A stretch of DNA of 64,000 nucleotides from Paraspadella gotoi. Its lineage: Eukaryota > Animalia > Chaetognatha. Shown here piece after piece: positions 1 through 10,772 of this stretch. The stretch is from contig CM119271.1 of the NCBI GenBank assembly GCA_051294375.1, positions 7,364,804 through 7,428,803 of the forward strand, written 5' to 3'. A program made the position numbers and the translations under genes. Numbering within the stretch: position 1 is the stretch's first letter; each line of letters begins with the position of its first letter. The notes beneath the pieces were generated by a model. That model was not told the DNA's origin. It searched no databases and saw nothing but the letters and a program-made list of their open reading frames with translations.

Positions 1-1193
1 TATCACCTGTCATGCCTGTTTCCTCGTTGAAAGTGTTACTTTATAAATTCCCGTGGCGGCTATTATGACCTTGTCCGTTTGTCCGTTTGTCCGTTTGTCC
101 GTTTGTCCGGGGTTGTTTGCATATTGAGAGGAAAAGGTGTGGGAGGAAAGATAGGAGAATAGCGGGTCTTTTAATGAAGCCGAAGACAATGAGACGACGT
201 GATATTCAGTCGGTCGACCGAAAAAAAAAGGGAGGAAAAAAAAAAGAGGAAAGAATAAAAGAAAGATGGCGACGGCGCCTACGCACCGGAGGCGGAGGAA
301 AAGGAAATGAGAACGAAGGAGGAAAATCGTTAAAAAGAAAAGAAAGGAATCGAGTGGAGGAAGAGAGAATTGGAGAAGTGCTCGGAGAAAAGAGAAAGGA
401 AAGAGAATGGAAGGCAAGAGGTAAAGAGATACGTCGGCCGAAAGAAAATAAGGATCGATACTTGTACACCTGAAGATTCTGATGACAGAAAATGAAAGAA
501 AAGTTTTAGAGAAAATAAGGGAGGGGAAAACAAAAGAATAGAGCCGTTTGAATGATCAGTCTGTCAACGAGCGATTCTAGTCAGAGGTAACAAAACGAAT
601 TCTTGAAAAAAATCCCTTCGGTCGGGCATAAACTCAGATTCTCCTGATGAATAATAAAGTTTACTTTTACAAGTAAAGAAATAAAATAAATCTGGCAGCA
701 AAAAAGGACCCCAACAAAAAAAAAATTGTAGGAAATAAACATTAGACAACTTTTGTTTATCTATTTATTCAATTACTTTCTGAAAGAATCTCCGTATTTT
801 TTGTATAGGACCGTCATTTTTTCTCGTTTTAATGTAAAAAATATTTCTTGAGGATTCAACATAAATTTTTCGGACTTTCTTTTTTCCATCTTCGAATTAA
901 ACTCATATGAAATTGGTACAACCAATACAGTAAATTGTTTTGATTCATACGATAAACGAGCTCCCTTGCCTCAGACTTTGGAAAGTCTATGCTGGGTTTC
1001 CGGCTAAATTAGTCGAACAAAAACCAGACGCAGTCAAATTGTTTTTCCTTCCAAATTCCCAAACGCGAGTGACTCCTTCCATCGACTTCGTGATTTCCTT
1101 CCATCTTGGATCGAATCGACCTCAAATTAAATCCGGGACTCAAAGAACCGGATGTGGGAATGGGCGCCACATTTCCTGGAATTTCGATGAAGG

Positions 1194-1234
<41 letters not shown>

Positions 1235-3796
1235 GGCGTAAAGGGGCGTGGCGGAAGTTGGCGCGGTATCGGTGTAAATTGCGATTGTAACGAAGTCGAT
1301 TTCTAAACTCAGATCTCATTTACTGGATGCTCGTTACTTAACGAGGTTAAATAAATATGTACTATACTAAACTGGAATTCATTAAACGATCAAGTTGATG
1401 TCTCGGCTTTTTGACATCGACTTGCTATCTTGCGCTGGAAAAAAAAACGTCAATCGAAAAATATCCGTATTTCTTGACAAACAACATTCGGGAGACCGAC
1501 AATAGCGAAACCAAATGACAGGAGAGAGAAATGTATGTCTTGACAGTTGAATGTACATACATCTTAACAAATGACAATATCTTGACAATTGACATGAGAG
1601 AGTGACATTCATTTTTCGAGAAAAAGTCACGAACGACGGGACAAAGATCGAAAATTGCGAGAAGCGAAAAATTCCATTTCATCGACTTTTTTAATGGGGG
1701 GAGAGGTGGAGAGAGGGAGAGGGAGGAGGGGAAGGCCGGGGAAGTGGGGGGGTACGTGACGAATGTTTTAGAAGTTATCGTCTCGCGAGGGGCGCAATTT
1801 ATGAGTCGACGAAACATTTCAAATGTCACGACGGGAGAATGAGAGAGAGAGAGAAAGGCGAGGAATGCGTGGCGTGACAAAACGTCACGCGTACGTGACT
1901 TCGTAGCGTTGATAGAGAGAGAGAGAGAGAGAGAGAATGGAGGAGAGAAGAGCAGTGAGAGAGAGGAGAGAGAGAGAGAGACGAGAGAGAGAGAGAGAGA
2001 TGGGGACGATGGCGGATGCGGAATTGAGACGAGATGCTGTTGTCGATGCCGACAGTTGATGGGGTCGTTGTGCGTTGACGGATGAGTCGTCGATAGTGAT
2101 AAACAGTGGCGCGTATTATTAAGATATATATATAATTAACATTTTAAGTCGGCTTTTTAAAAAAAAGTTGAAAATTTTTTTTTTATTTCATTATTAACAT
2201 TAAACTGTTAGTTCCAGCGGGGGCAGTATCGGGACTCAACTTAACATTATGACTAATTGAAATTACTTTGTTCATTCAACCATAAATAACACTTTCATAA
2301 ATATAACAAAAAAATCTTTTTGACAAATCGCCTCGCGTTTCGACGATCCGCCGCCGTAACAACGAAGGAAGTAGGCGTGGTATTGACGTCAATGACAATG
2401 ACATTTACGTCACGCCGACTCGCGTCATCGACGTCTTTTTCTTCGGCGTCATGCGGCGTAATCGAGTTTCAAATCGAAAGCATTTTTGACGCCAGTAATT
2501 TTACTGACGTTGAAATTTTAAAATTAGAATCGATATTAGTTGGCGCGAAATTTTTGAAATCCGTTTCTTGACTTTATTTATCTTTAAGTCGATTTAGCCC
2601 TCTTTATTATGTTTAGTTGTTATACGTTAGTTGTTATGTTTAGTTGGATTATTGGAACTTCTAGGTTCTTTTTAGGTTATTTTAAAAGTAAATTTACGTC
2701 ATTTTAAGTCCCTTACTTCGTGTCTGTAATTTGTTAGCATTAGTTATTGTGATTTTGTTTCTATTTTGAAAAAAAAAAACTTGCATGTTTTTTCACTCTT
2801 CTTCCGCCATGAAATGAATACAGTCGTTCGCCCGGACAAAACGCCCACACTCTGCTGGCGAAATCGTTCCAGGGTAAGGAGAGTCAGCATATCCGGTCGC
2901 TCCGCTACGTTTACGACCTCACCCTCGCCTTTCGGCGCCATCGTCCGCGTCCGGCGTTTTTATTTTGCGTAGCGACCGGAAACGATCGGAAATTTTCGCT
3001 GCCGCCGCCGTCGCCCAGACCGCGCCCACCGCGAGGAGGGGATAAAGAATATTTTGAGACAGAGAGGCGAAGAGAGAGAGAGAGAGGAGAGAGGAGAGAG
3101 AAGAGAGAGAGAGAGAGAGGAGAAGAGCGCAAAGTGAGAAAAGTGACGAGACTAAAAAAATGATCTCCTTTCTTCTTCCGGTTTTTGAGCCGCGAATTTA
3201 GAATAAAAGGGAGGAAGAAGAAAAAAAAGGAGGAACAAAAGGAAAAAGAAAAAATGAGGAACCAAAAGGAAAAAGGAAAAAATAGGAACAAAAAAAAAGA
3301 GAAAAAAAGGAGGAACAAAAAGGAAAAAAATGGAAAAAAAGGAGGAACAAAAAAGGAAAAAAGGAAAAAAGGAGGAACAAAAAAAAGAGAAAAAAAAGAG
3401 AGTAACAAAGGAAAAAAAGAAAAAAGGAGGACAAAAATAAAAAGGAAAAGAGACTAAAAAGGAGAGAAAAACTTAACAAAAATACAAAAAGGAAAACAAA
3501 GAAAAAGTCAAGCGGGAACAAGAAAAATGAAGAAAAATGACGAGTATGAATTATTGATAAGAGACATAAAGTAATAATAAATGTAGGATCCTAAAAATAT
3601 TATGTAATGAAAACTGTCAAGAAATAATGAGTAAATAAAGAATCGCTAAGCTTATCCATTAAGGATTAATTAATTAAGGATTAATAATTATTTTGAAGAT
3701 AAAGAAGAAATTATGAAGTATCAACATGCAACATGAAATGCTACACAATAACAAAAAGAAAAAAAAAGACAGTTCCAACAGAATTATAAATATATA

Positions 3797-4394
3797 TGTA
3801 GTCGGCATTGCCTAGGTTCACCCCGCCTATAAGCATGACACCTTCAGTCCTGACCGGTGCTCATTGAGTAAAGCCATCAGCTCATGACCACTAGGTACCG
3901 GGTTCAATCCCACCGGTACCTACCCTGTGGGAAGCGTGAGGATGGCCGTAAGGCCGCCTTGGGGGCGTGGCAACCCCTCAAGCCTTGTTCCAAGCCCAGG
4001 ACCCGTTCCATGGCTACTAAAGGGGGTTATAGAAGTTACGGATAGTCGTTCTTCAGCCCACTTAGCGCCTTATCCACACTGGTGAGCCCATCCTGTCGAG
4101 CGTGTGGATTAAGGCGCTAAGTGGGCTGAAGATGACTATCCGTAACTTCTATAACCCCCTTTAGTAGCGATGGAAACGGGTACCTGGGCTTGGAACCAGG
4201 CTTGAGGGTTGTTGCCACGCCCCCAAGGCGGCTTACAGCCGTCCTCCACGCTTCCCACAGGGTAGGTACCGGGTTGGGATTGAACCGGTACCTAGTGGTC
4301 ATGAGCTGATGGCTTTACTCAATGAGCCACCGGGTCAGGACTGAAGGTGTCATGCTTATAGGCGCGGGTAACCTAGGCAATGCCCGACTTACTA
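3797..4394. mobile_element. ~600-bp fold-back element: two inverted ~285-bp LTR-like units around a 22-nt spacer
   Basis: 3797-4079 and 4102-4394 are near-perfect reverse complements. The unit starts TGTAGTCGG and ends ...TCCACA. The spacer 4080-4101 is TGGTGAGCCCATCCTGTCGAGC. Confidence 0.85.
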
Positions 4395-4478
4395 TCATCG
4401 TTATTTCCGTTTCGTTTCGTTGTGTTGTGGATGATAGAAAACGTTTTTGATTATCAAACAACGATTTTTATTAATATG

Positions 4479-4524
4479 AGACGGACATGTTTGGCTTTAG
4501 TTTTTACAAGCCTCATCGGCGTCT
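4479..4524 (-). ncRNA. Minimal hammerhead ribozyme motif, inverted copy (G of GAAA missing, possibly a sequencing error)
   Basis: Reverse complement reads AGACG CCGATGA GGCTT gtaaaaacta AAGCC AAAC ATGT C CGTCT. Confidence 0.65.
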
Positions 4525-4561
4525 GAGATAATTATGAACTTTCAAAAAGTTTGTGCAAAGG

Positions 4562-4601
<40 letters not shown>

Positions 4602-4711
4602 CAAAAGTTTCCAACACAGAGTGAGAGAAGAATAGTGGTCAAGATGTGAGGACAGGTTAAGGTAAGGACAGAATGAGCCAGAATGTGAAAAGAAACTAAA
4701 TGGTGAAAATT

Positions 4712-4761
<50 letters not shown>

Positions 4762-5056
4762 ATTTGAAAATAATACATTTTTGCAATGTACAACAAAGAT
4801 AAATTTTAGATTAAAGGTAAATAAATATTTAACAATTAACTACTAATAAATAACAGAATGTGAAAATTGAAAATGAAAAAGTGAAATTTGAGAGATTTGT
4901 GAAATAAGATTAATATGAAATAAAGTGAAAGTTCAAGGATTAAGAAAGAGCTCAAAGTGAGCTGGCCCCTTTGGTTGAAGCAAATGAACCTGTCCTCACA
5001 TCTGACCACTATTCTTCTCTCAACTCTGTGTTGGAAACTTTGCTTCCTCTCTCTCT

Positions 5057-5101
<45 letters not shown>

Positions 5102-5155
5102 CTCCTCTCTCTCATTTCCTTTGCACAAATCTTTTTTGAAAGTTCTAATTATCTC

Positions 5156-5202
5156 AGACGCCGATGAAGGCTTGTAAAACTAAAGCCGAAACATGTCCGT
5201 CT
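5156..5202 (+). ncRNA. Minimal type I hammerhead ribozyme motif (U4C core variant)
   Basis: AGACG (stem I) - CCGATGA - A - GGCTT gtaaaacta AAGCC (stem II) - GAA AC AT GT (palindromic stem III ACATGT) - C (predicted cleavage after 5197) - CGTCT (stem I'). Confidence 0.8.
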
Positions 5203-5424
5203 CTATTAATAAAAATCGTTGTTTGATCAATCTAAAACGTTTTCTATAAATATATATAAATATTCACGAGCAATTTTTCTTATACGTACATGTCGACACT
5301 AACAATATTTAGTCAGTCTGTCGGTCCGTCGGTCCGTCGGTCAATTTTTTTCGGTCACTCTTCCCATAAGCTTAGCAAAGATCCCTTAATTGCGAAACAA
5401 AAGCCACCCAGACGATTATGTCCT

Positions 5425-5482
<58 letters not shown>

Positions 5483-6311
5483 TCTCTCTCTCTCTCTGCT
5501 CTCTCTCTCTCTCTCTCTCCAAAAATGTGATAAACAGGAGGATAAATCTTCTTAAAAATCTTTTCCTCAAATCTTAAAATCTCATTCATCATTGTTCAGT
5601 CTTCCACGTCCTTTCTCTCTTCGCCCTCTCTCTCTCTCAACGGAGATAGAGAAGGAGTGGAGAGGGGATGGGGGGACAGACAGAGAGGGAGTGGAAGATG
5701 GAACTTTGAATGATATTTCTTTTTTTGCGGTTATAACAACTCGAACTTATATCAAGTTAGTATGTAGGACGCTCTGTCTGTATTACCTCTGTCCGGTTTG
5801 TACGTCAGAGTAGTAATATATTACTATATATAATATATATATATATATAATATATATAATATATATAATATATTACTACTGTCAGTCCCTATTTATTTTT
5901 TTTTTGCTTTCTTTCACGCAATATTATGATGAAAAAATTGTACTCGACCAATGAGAGAGTCTGAATTTATTTCTTGCTTATTCTTCTCGAGTCGTTGAAC
6001 CGATTTCGATTCCAAGGTTCTGATTCCTCTGCGATGTTATTGAATAGATTAAAAATAGTTACGTGGGACGAAGGTGAACAATAAACTATTTTTATGACTG
6101 TCGAAAATAGATTTTTTTTTCGACTTTCATAATGAATCACGCTGTACATGTTATATACGATCGATTTAAATGAAATAGATTTGAAATTGATTCTAAATGT
6201 TGAATAGTTTTTTAAAGACACCGTTATTCTGAACAAAATACATTTACTTTTATAGTTTCCACTTTCCATTCTTGCATTTCGATCAAGTCGTCCCATTTTC
6301 TACGATTGTTT

Positions 6312-6538
6312 TGTAGTCGGGAAAAGCGACAAGTTCAACCCGACTATAAGTTTGACCCCTTCTGTTCTGACCCGGTGGCTTATGACCATTAGGTGCTGTA
6401 ATCGACCCCCCCAATATTAAATATCCTGCTGGAAGTGTGAGGACGTGGAAAACTCTCAAGCCTGGTTCCAAGCCCATAATGCCCTATGCAATGGACTTCT
6501 TACTCACCCCCTTAACGCAACTTACCATTAACTTTACA
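6312..6538 (+). mobile_element. Diverged, internally deleted solo copy of the LTR-like unit
   Basis: Shares tgtagtcggg, ctgacccggtggct, atgacca-tagg, ggaagtgtgagga and ctcaagcctggttccaagccca. Ends near ctttaca. Confidence 0.6.
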
Positions 6539-6799
6539 TTACCTCACCGAAACTAAAGCCTTCGTGGCTGACTCTGATTCATGACATAAAAAATATTAAA
6601 AAAGGCGGATGTTATTCTCATTTCGGAATATTTTAAATAATTTTATAGCAGCAATTTCAAATTTACAATATTAAAACAAATAAAATCTTCGACTTCGAGG
6701 TAACTACTTATAAAGCTACATATTGCGCTTAGTCCACATTTCAATTGTCATTGGTCAAGAAAATCGACGAAACCTTCGTCTCGAAAACTTGAACGAAAA

Positions 6800-7783
6800 A
6801 TGACTTCGCCAATTTTTTTTGCTTTTATATTCGTAGTGACTTTGAATTTGGGTACGTGAATATTATAGGTGTGGATAATATTTCAAATTGTATAATATCG
6901 CATCCTTTTTTAAACAAAATTATACTTTTAATATATTTAATATAGGTGGCGCTTGCAATTCGCCTACTATTTGGCGCCCCGTGCTCGTAGTAACGAGCGG
7001 CAGGCTAGTCAATGTATTGAAGGCTGTGACCGAGGGTAAGTTTAATGAGTTAAAGAGTGGCAATGAAACCTTTTCAAATCTAACCAACTCAAATTAAATC
7101 CTGCTTTAAAAAAGGTCAGGACCTGTACAGATTCGACGACAAATATTGGAATACGACCAAACCTCCGATTCGTCCATTCGGATGGATGAACAGAACTTTC
7201 CTGGACAATTGGAAGAAATTCTTTGCCGACAGCGACAGGAAGGTCTTGGATTGTGAAAAGAATTAACATAAAATTTATGAAAATAAAAGCATAGTGAATA
7301 TAATGTATAAAATATAATTTATATTATTATACCAGTGACCCACAAGTACAGATACAGTATATAAAAAAAATTGTATTTTTTTTTCTTTTTTTTTTTCATT
7401 AGTTCAATCAAATTTTATTATTACGCAGTTTTTTCATTTACCGGATCAGCGACCAATATTTATTTAAAATAAAGCTTTTTATTGATTTACCCAAAATTAA
7501 CCCCTAATAATTAGGCTAATTTTTATTCTTTCAGGTTAGGATCATCATCTGGAAATACGTAAAAAACGTAAAAAACGTTGTCATGGACATCTCCTTCGAC
7601 GGCCGTGACAGCGACATCTTGAGCTGGTTCTCCAAGGAACGGATCCTCAGAGTCTACCCCGCCTCGCTGAACAAAAATGGGACCCTTATGAAGGACAAGC
7701 TAGGGATGGCAGATCTGCTTGCGATTTACGTCTCATGCCAAAAGGATTGCATATTTCCGGACCAAATAACAAACTTTTCATAA
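6800..7783 (+). CDS. Four-exon gene for a 172-aa secreted protein of an uncharacterised invertebrate family (exons 6800-6851, 6946-7035, 7115-7242, 7535-7783)
   Basis: GT-AG introns with compatible phases (1,1,0) join into one open frame of 519 nt: MTSPIFFAFIFVVTLNLG/GACNSPTIWRPVLVVTSGRLVNVLKAVTEG/QDLYRFDDKYWNTTKPPIRPFGWMNRTFLDNWKKFFADSDRK/VRIIIWKYVKNVKNVVMDISFDGRDSDILSWFSKERILRVYPASLNKNGTLMKDKLGMADLLAIYVSCQKDCIFPDQITNFS*. Exon 1 is a hydrophobic signal-peptide-like segment and there are several N-x-S/T sequons. The motifs LDxW, FDGxxSxxxSWFSxxRI and ADxLAI(Y/F)V resemble, from recall, an unnamed mollusc/annelid/amphioxus extracellular domain. Confidence 0.85.
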
Positions 7784-7871
7784 TTTCTAGTTCTCTCAAA
7801 AAGATTTCTTTTTTCCTTCTATTACTAAATCGATTTTCAATGCAACTTTTTGAATTAGTTCTTTGGGTTGT

Positions 7872-8250
7872 TGCACTGAAGCTTTTAAATATTTATTAAT
7901 ATATAACAAATAACAATTTTTTTTTAAATTGTATTTTTTAAGAACGGATTCCTATAGAGCTTGAAAAGTTAAATGAAGGTTAGTACTACAACTTTTTTTA
8001 AATTTTGACAATAACTTGGTTAAAAATATAAAAAACCTTAAAAAATCATCATCATCATCATCATTGGCAGAATTCTATGGTTTTTTTTAATTTTCATCAA
8101 TAAAACAAAAAAATTCTATAAATTTGTATTAATAACCTTCATCTAAATTTTAAAGCTCTATCAGAATCTATTAAAAAAATTGAAAAATTTAAAAAAAAAT
8201 TTAACTTTATAAAGTAATAAAATAATCTTTAAATGCTTCCGTGCGCTAAT
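7872..8250. mobile_element. AT-rich degenerate MITE-like fold-back; related sequence at ~13100-13310
   Basis: attcctatagagcttgaaaagttaaatgaaggtta (~7948-7982) is complementary to taaccttcatctaaattttaaagctctatcagaat (~8133-8167). Outer arms are gcactgaagc / gcttccgtgc and there is a central (CAT)n. Confidence 0.45.
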
Positions 8251-8508
8251 TAATAAAAAAAAAATTTTTAAATTATTTTCATTTTCATATTCTCTAACAG
8301 TCACTTAACCATTATTTATTTGAGAGAACTTCTAGTTTTCAACCTGTTCCGGCAATGCAATGCATAATCTTTATTTGAGGCAACTCATTCAAAAAACAAG
8401 TTTGAGCAAACAATGTCGGATTGCCTACAATATTAAGCGGTAATCTGCTAATCAGATGATAAATCACAATATTTTTTTTTAATTTTTTAACAACAATTTT
8501 ATTAATTA

Positions 8509-8557
8509 ATAGTTGGACATGTTTTCGCTTGTTACTTCAAGCCTTCATCAGCATATG
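8509..8557 (-). ncRNA. Hammerhead motif, inverted copy with small indels
   Basis: Reverse complement reads catatg CTGATGA A GGCTTG aagtaa CAAGC GAAAAC ATGTC caactat. Confidence 0.65.
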
Positions 8558-8696
8558 TTTCTCTCTCTCTCTCCTCTCTCTCTCTCTTTAACAACGTTTC
8601 ACTTTTTTCACAACTCACTCAATCTGCCCTCACCTCAACCTGTCCTCACATCTGACCACTATTCTGTCTCACCACTTTGTTGGAAAAACTTTTACC

Positions 8697-8730
<34 letters not shown>

Positions 8731-8767
8731 CACTCTTCTTTTTACACAAAATTTATTATTGAATGTC

Positions 8768-8816
8768 ATATGCTGATGAAGGCTTGAAGTAAACAAGCCG
8801 AAACATGTCCAACTAT
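8768..8816 (+). ncRNA. Minimal type I hammerhead ribozyme motif with canonical core
   Basis: ATATG - CTGATGA (8773-8779) - A - GGCTTG aagtaaa CAAGCC - GAAAC AT GT C (cleavage after 8809) - CA ac TAT (bulged stem I). Confidence 0.8.
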
Positions 8817-8894
8817 TAATTAAAAAAATCGTTGTTTAAAATTCAAATTCTTTGCTTTCTCTAATACCAATAAACAACGAAAAAGAAAGGATTA

Positions 8895-9328
8895 TCGCAT
8901 CATTAAATTTTTTTTAACTTGCATTCATTTTTTTAAATTGCATCATTTTTGAACTCGTATAATTTTTTCCACGCACATAATTTTTCAAACTCATCATTTT
9001 TTCAATTTAATCTTTTTACAATTCGCATCATTTTTTTACTTGCATTATTTTTTCAACTCGCATCATTTTTTTCCACGCACATAATTTTTTCCAACTCAAT
9101 CCTTTTTTCAATTGATATCATTTTTACAATTCGCATCATTTTTTTTAACTTGCATAATTTTTTTCAAACTTGCAATCATTTTTTCAACCTTGCATCATTT
9201 TTTAAACTTGCATAATTTCTTCAACTTGCATCATTTTTCTCAACTTGCATATTTTTAACTTCATAATTTTTCAACTTGCATAATTTTTTAACTTTGCATA
9301 ATTTTTTTAAATTGTATCATTTTTTCAA
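8895..9328 (+). repeat. Degenerate ~17-18-bp minisatellite (ttttttcaacttgcatcat-like)
   Basis: More than 20 imperfect tandem units are visible. Confidence 0.85.
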
Positions 9329-9599
9329 ATTAATTAATTAATTAATTAATTAAAACATTTATTAGTAATCATAAATAAAAAAGATTCAAGAAAATGTGAA
9401 TTATGTTTTTCCATTTAACTTCATTTCCTAAGGCACAATTCCGTCAAAACTTTATATCTAGCTTCTTCACACACTTTCCTTTTCAATCTATTAATTCAAT
9501 ATGAATTAATTTCGAGTAAATATTGTTAAAATAAGTAACATTGCCAGGACTATTAACAAGATGTGAAAACAAAAAAGATTTAAGTAAATGTGACTCATA

Positions 9600-10160
9600 T
9601 TTTTGTGGGCTGCTTATCAGCAGATCCCGACTCTAATAATTCACGTTTGTCGGTCCGTCGTCCGCCCCACTCAATATTGTCGGGCAATCACTTATAATCA
9701 TGTCAGAACATCGAATTATGATAAATTATGGCAAAAAAAAACGAATGTCCGTTCCGTTCGTCTGTCTGTCTGTCTGTCTGGTCTGTCTGGTCTGTCTGTC
9801 TGTGTCCATCGCGTCCGTGTCCGTCCGTCCATCCCACCTTAGCAAAAAACGCCCAATTACTCGTGTTGTATGGATGGATTGAAATGAAATTTTTTGTGTG
9901 GGTAGGGAAGTGTGTGATTGAGCTGTATATGAAGTTCGAAGGAATTGTCGCCGAGTGGAAATGAGTTAAAATGGAAAAAACAAAAATATATTCCACTATT
10001 TGAACACAATTATTCATGGAGTTGGATAGGGCGATTGACTTGAAATTTTGTATGTTGAGTAGAAAAGTGTGTGATTAAACTGGATAAACAAGTTTCGATG
10101 GGAATTGTTTGAGTGGAAATGAGTTTAAATGGAAAAACCAAAGAACCTATTTCACTAATT
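9600..10160 (+). mobile_element. Helentron-associated (HINE/DINE-1-like) non-autonomous element
   Basis: T-rich start, 5' hairpin ctgc-ttatca-gcag, cgactctaataa..tgtcggtccgtc, (GTCT/GTCC)n microsatellite, then two ~150-bp central tandem repeats (gaaatttt..gtgtgtgatt..gagtggaaatgagtt.aaatggaaaaa). Confidence 0.65.
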
Positions 10161-10204
10161 GATTATGCTTCTTTTTTATTTTTAATTTAAAAGATAAATG
10201 CAAA

Positions 10205-10437
10205 TGTTATAATTAATCAAATAATTAATTAGTTAATTAATCAATTAGTCAATTAATTAATCAATAATTAATTAATCAATAATTAAATTAATCAATAATT
10301 AATTAATCAGTTAATTAATCAATCAAAACAAACATTTTGGATAAAATTAATTGCATAATTGCATAATTAATATAATAAACTGAATAAATTAGTTATTAAT
10401 TAATTAATTATTAATTAATCAATTAATTAATTAATTA
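10205..10437. repeat. (TTAA/TAAT)n-rich self-complementary low-complexity tract
   Basis: Runs of aattaattaatcaat. Confidence 0.8.
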
Positions 10438-10583
10438 CGCGATAATGATCGTGGGCAGAATTCCGACTTGTTTTGCTCAAACTTGTTTAAAGAAAATTCA
10501 GCTAGCTGATTATATCTAATTTTTTAACTACTTTCCCAGACGATTATAGAAAAAAGAATCATAGAACCAGCTTAAGTTAATAA

Positions 10584-10715
10584 TTGCATAATTTATCATA
10601 ATTCGATGTTCTGACATGATATAAGTGAATGCCCGACAAGATTGAGGGGGCAGAACGACGGACCGACAAAGTGAATTATAGAGTCGGGATCTGCTGAAAG
10701 CAGATCTGACTAAAA
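10584..10715 (-). mobile_element. 5' end of a second HINE copy, inverted relative to 9600
   Basis: Reverse complement of ~9600-9735. Contains the hairpin gatctgc-tgaaa-gcagatc and ends in gactaaaaa. Confidence 0.65.
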
Positions 10716-10772
10716 ACAAGTTTGAGCAAACAATGTCGGATCTGCCTATGATAATTAAGTGGTAATAAGCTA

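Larger units (their letters stand above)
4434..5247. mobile_element. Non-autonomous Penelope-like element: inverted (tails-out) pseudo-LTR pair, each arm with a hammerhead motif
   Basis: 4434-4658 is the reverse complement of 4987-5247 (aacctgtcctcacatctgaccactatt...(TC)n...HHR...attAATAAAaatcgttgttt). A hammerhead followed by AATAAA and an inverted partial copy is the known architecture of Penelope pLTRs. No RT or GIY-YIG ORF is present. Confidence 0.7.
8481..8843. mobile_element. Second Penelope-like inverted-pLTR element (sister subfamily) with hammerhead motifs
   Basis: 8481-8557 is the reverse complement of ~8767-8843. 8590-8843 is homologous to the 4.4-5.2 kb element (aacctgtcctcacatctgaccactattct...gttggaaa...(TC)n). 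Confidence 0.7.

Noticed and set aside
2744-2980. MAPKGEGEVV ORF (-) or a plus-strand exon with a strong CAGG|GTAAGG donor; short inverted repeat
   Set aside because: No homology or partner exon. The 6.8-kb gene already has its own signal-peptide exon.
4080-4101. Missed sequencing-adapter hairpin as the cause of the 3797-4394 palindrome
   Set aside because: The spacer does not resemble a SMRTbell adapter, and the symmetry stops at the repeat-unit boundary defined by the solo copy at 18810.
4120-4192. Possible hammerhead in the fold-back arm (CTGAAGA...GAAACGGGT)
   Set aside because: No convincing stem I or II, and the GAAA is not conserved in the other arm or the solo copies.
5810-5880. Palindrome agtagtaatata...tatattactact
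   Set aside because: Mostly (TA)n, so self-complementarity is trivial.
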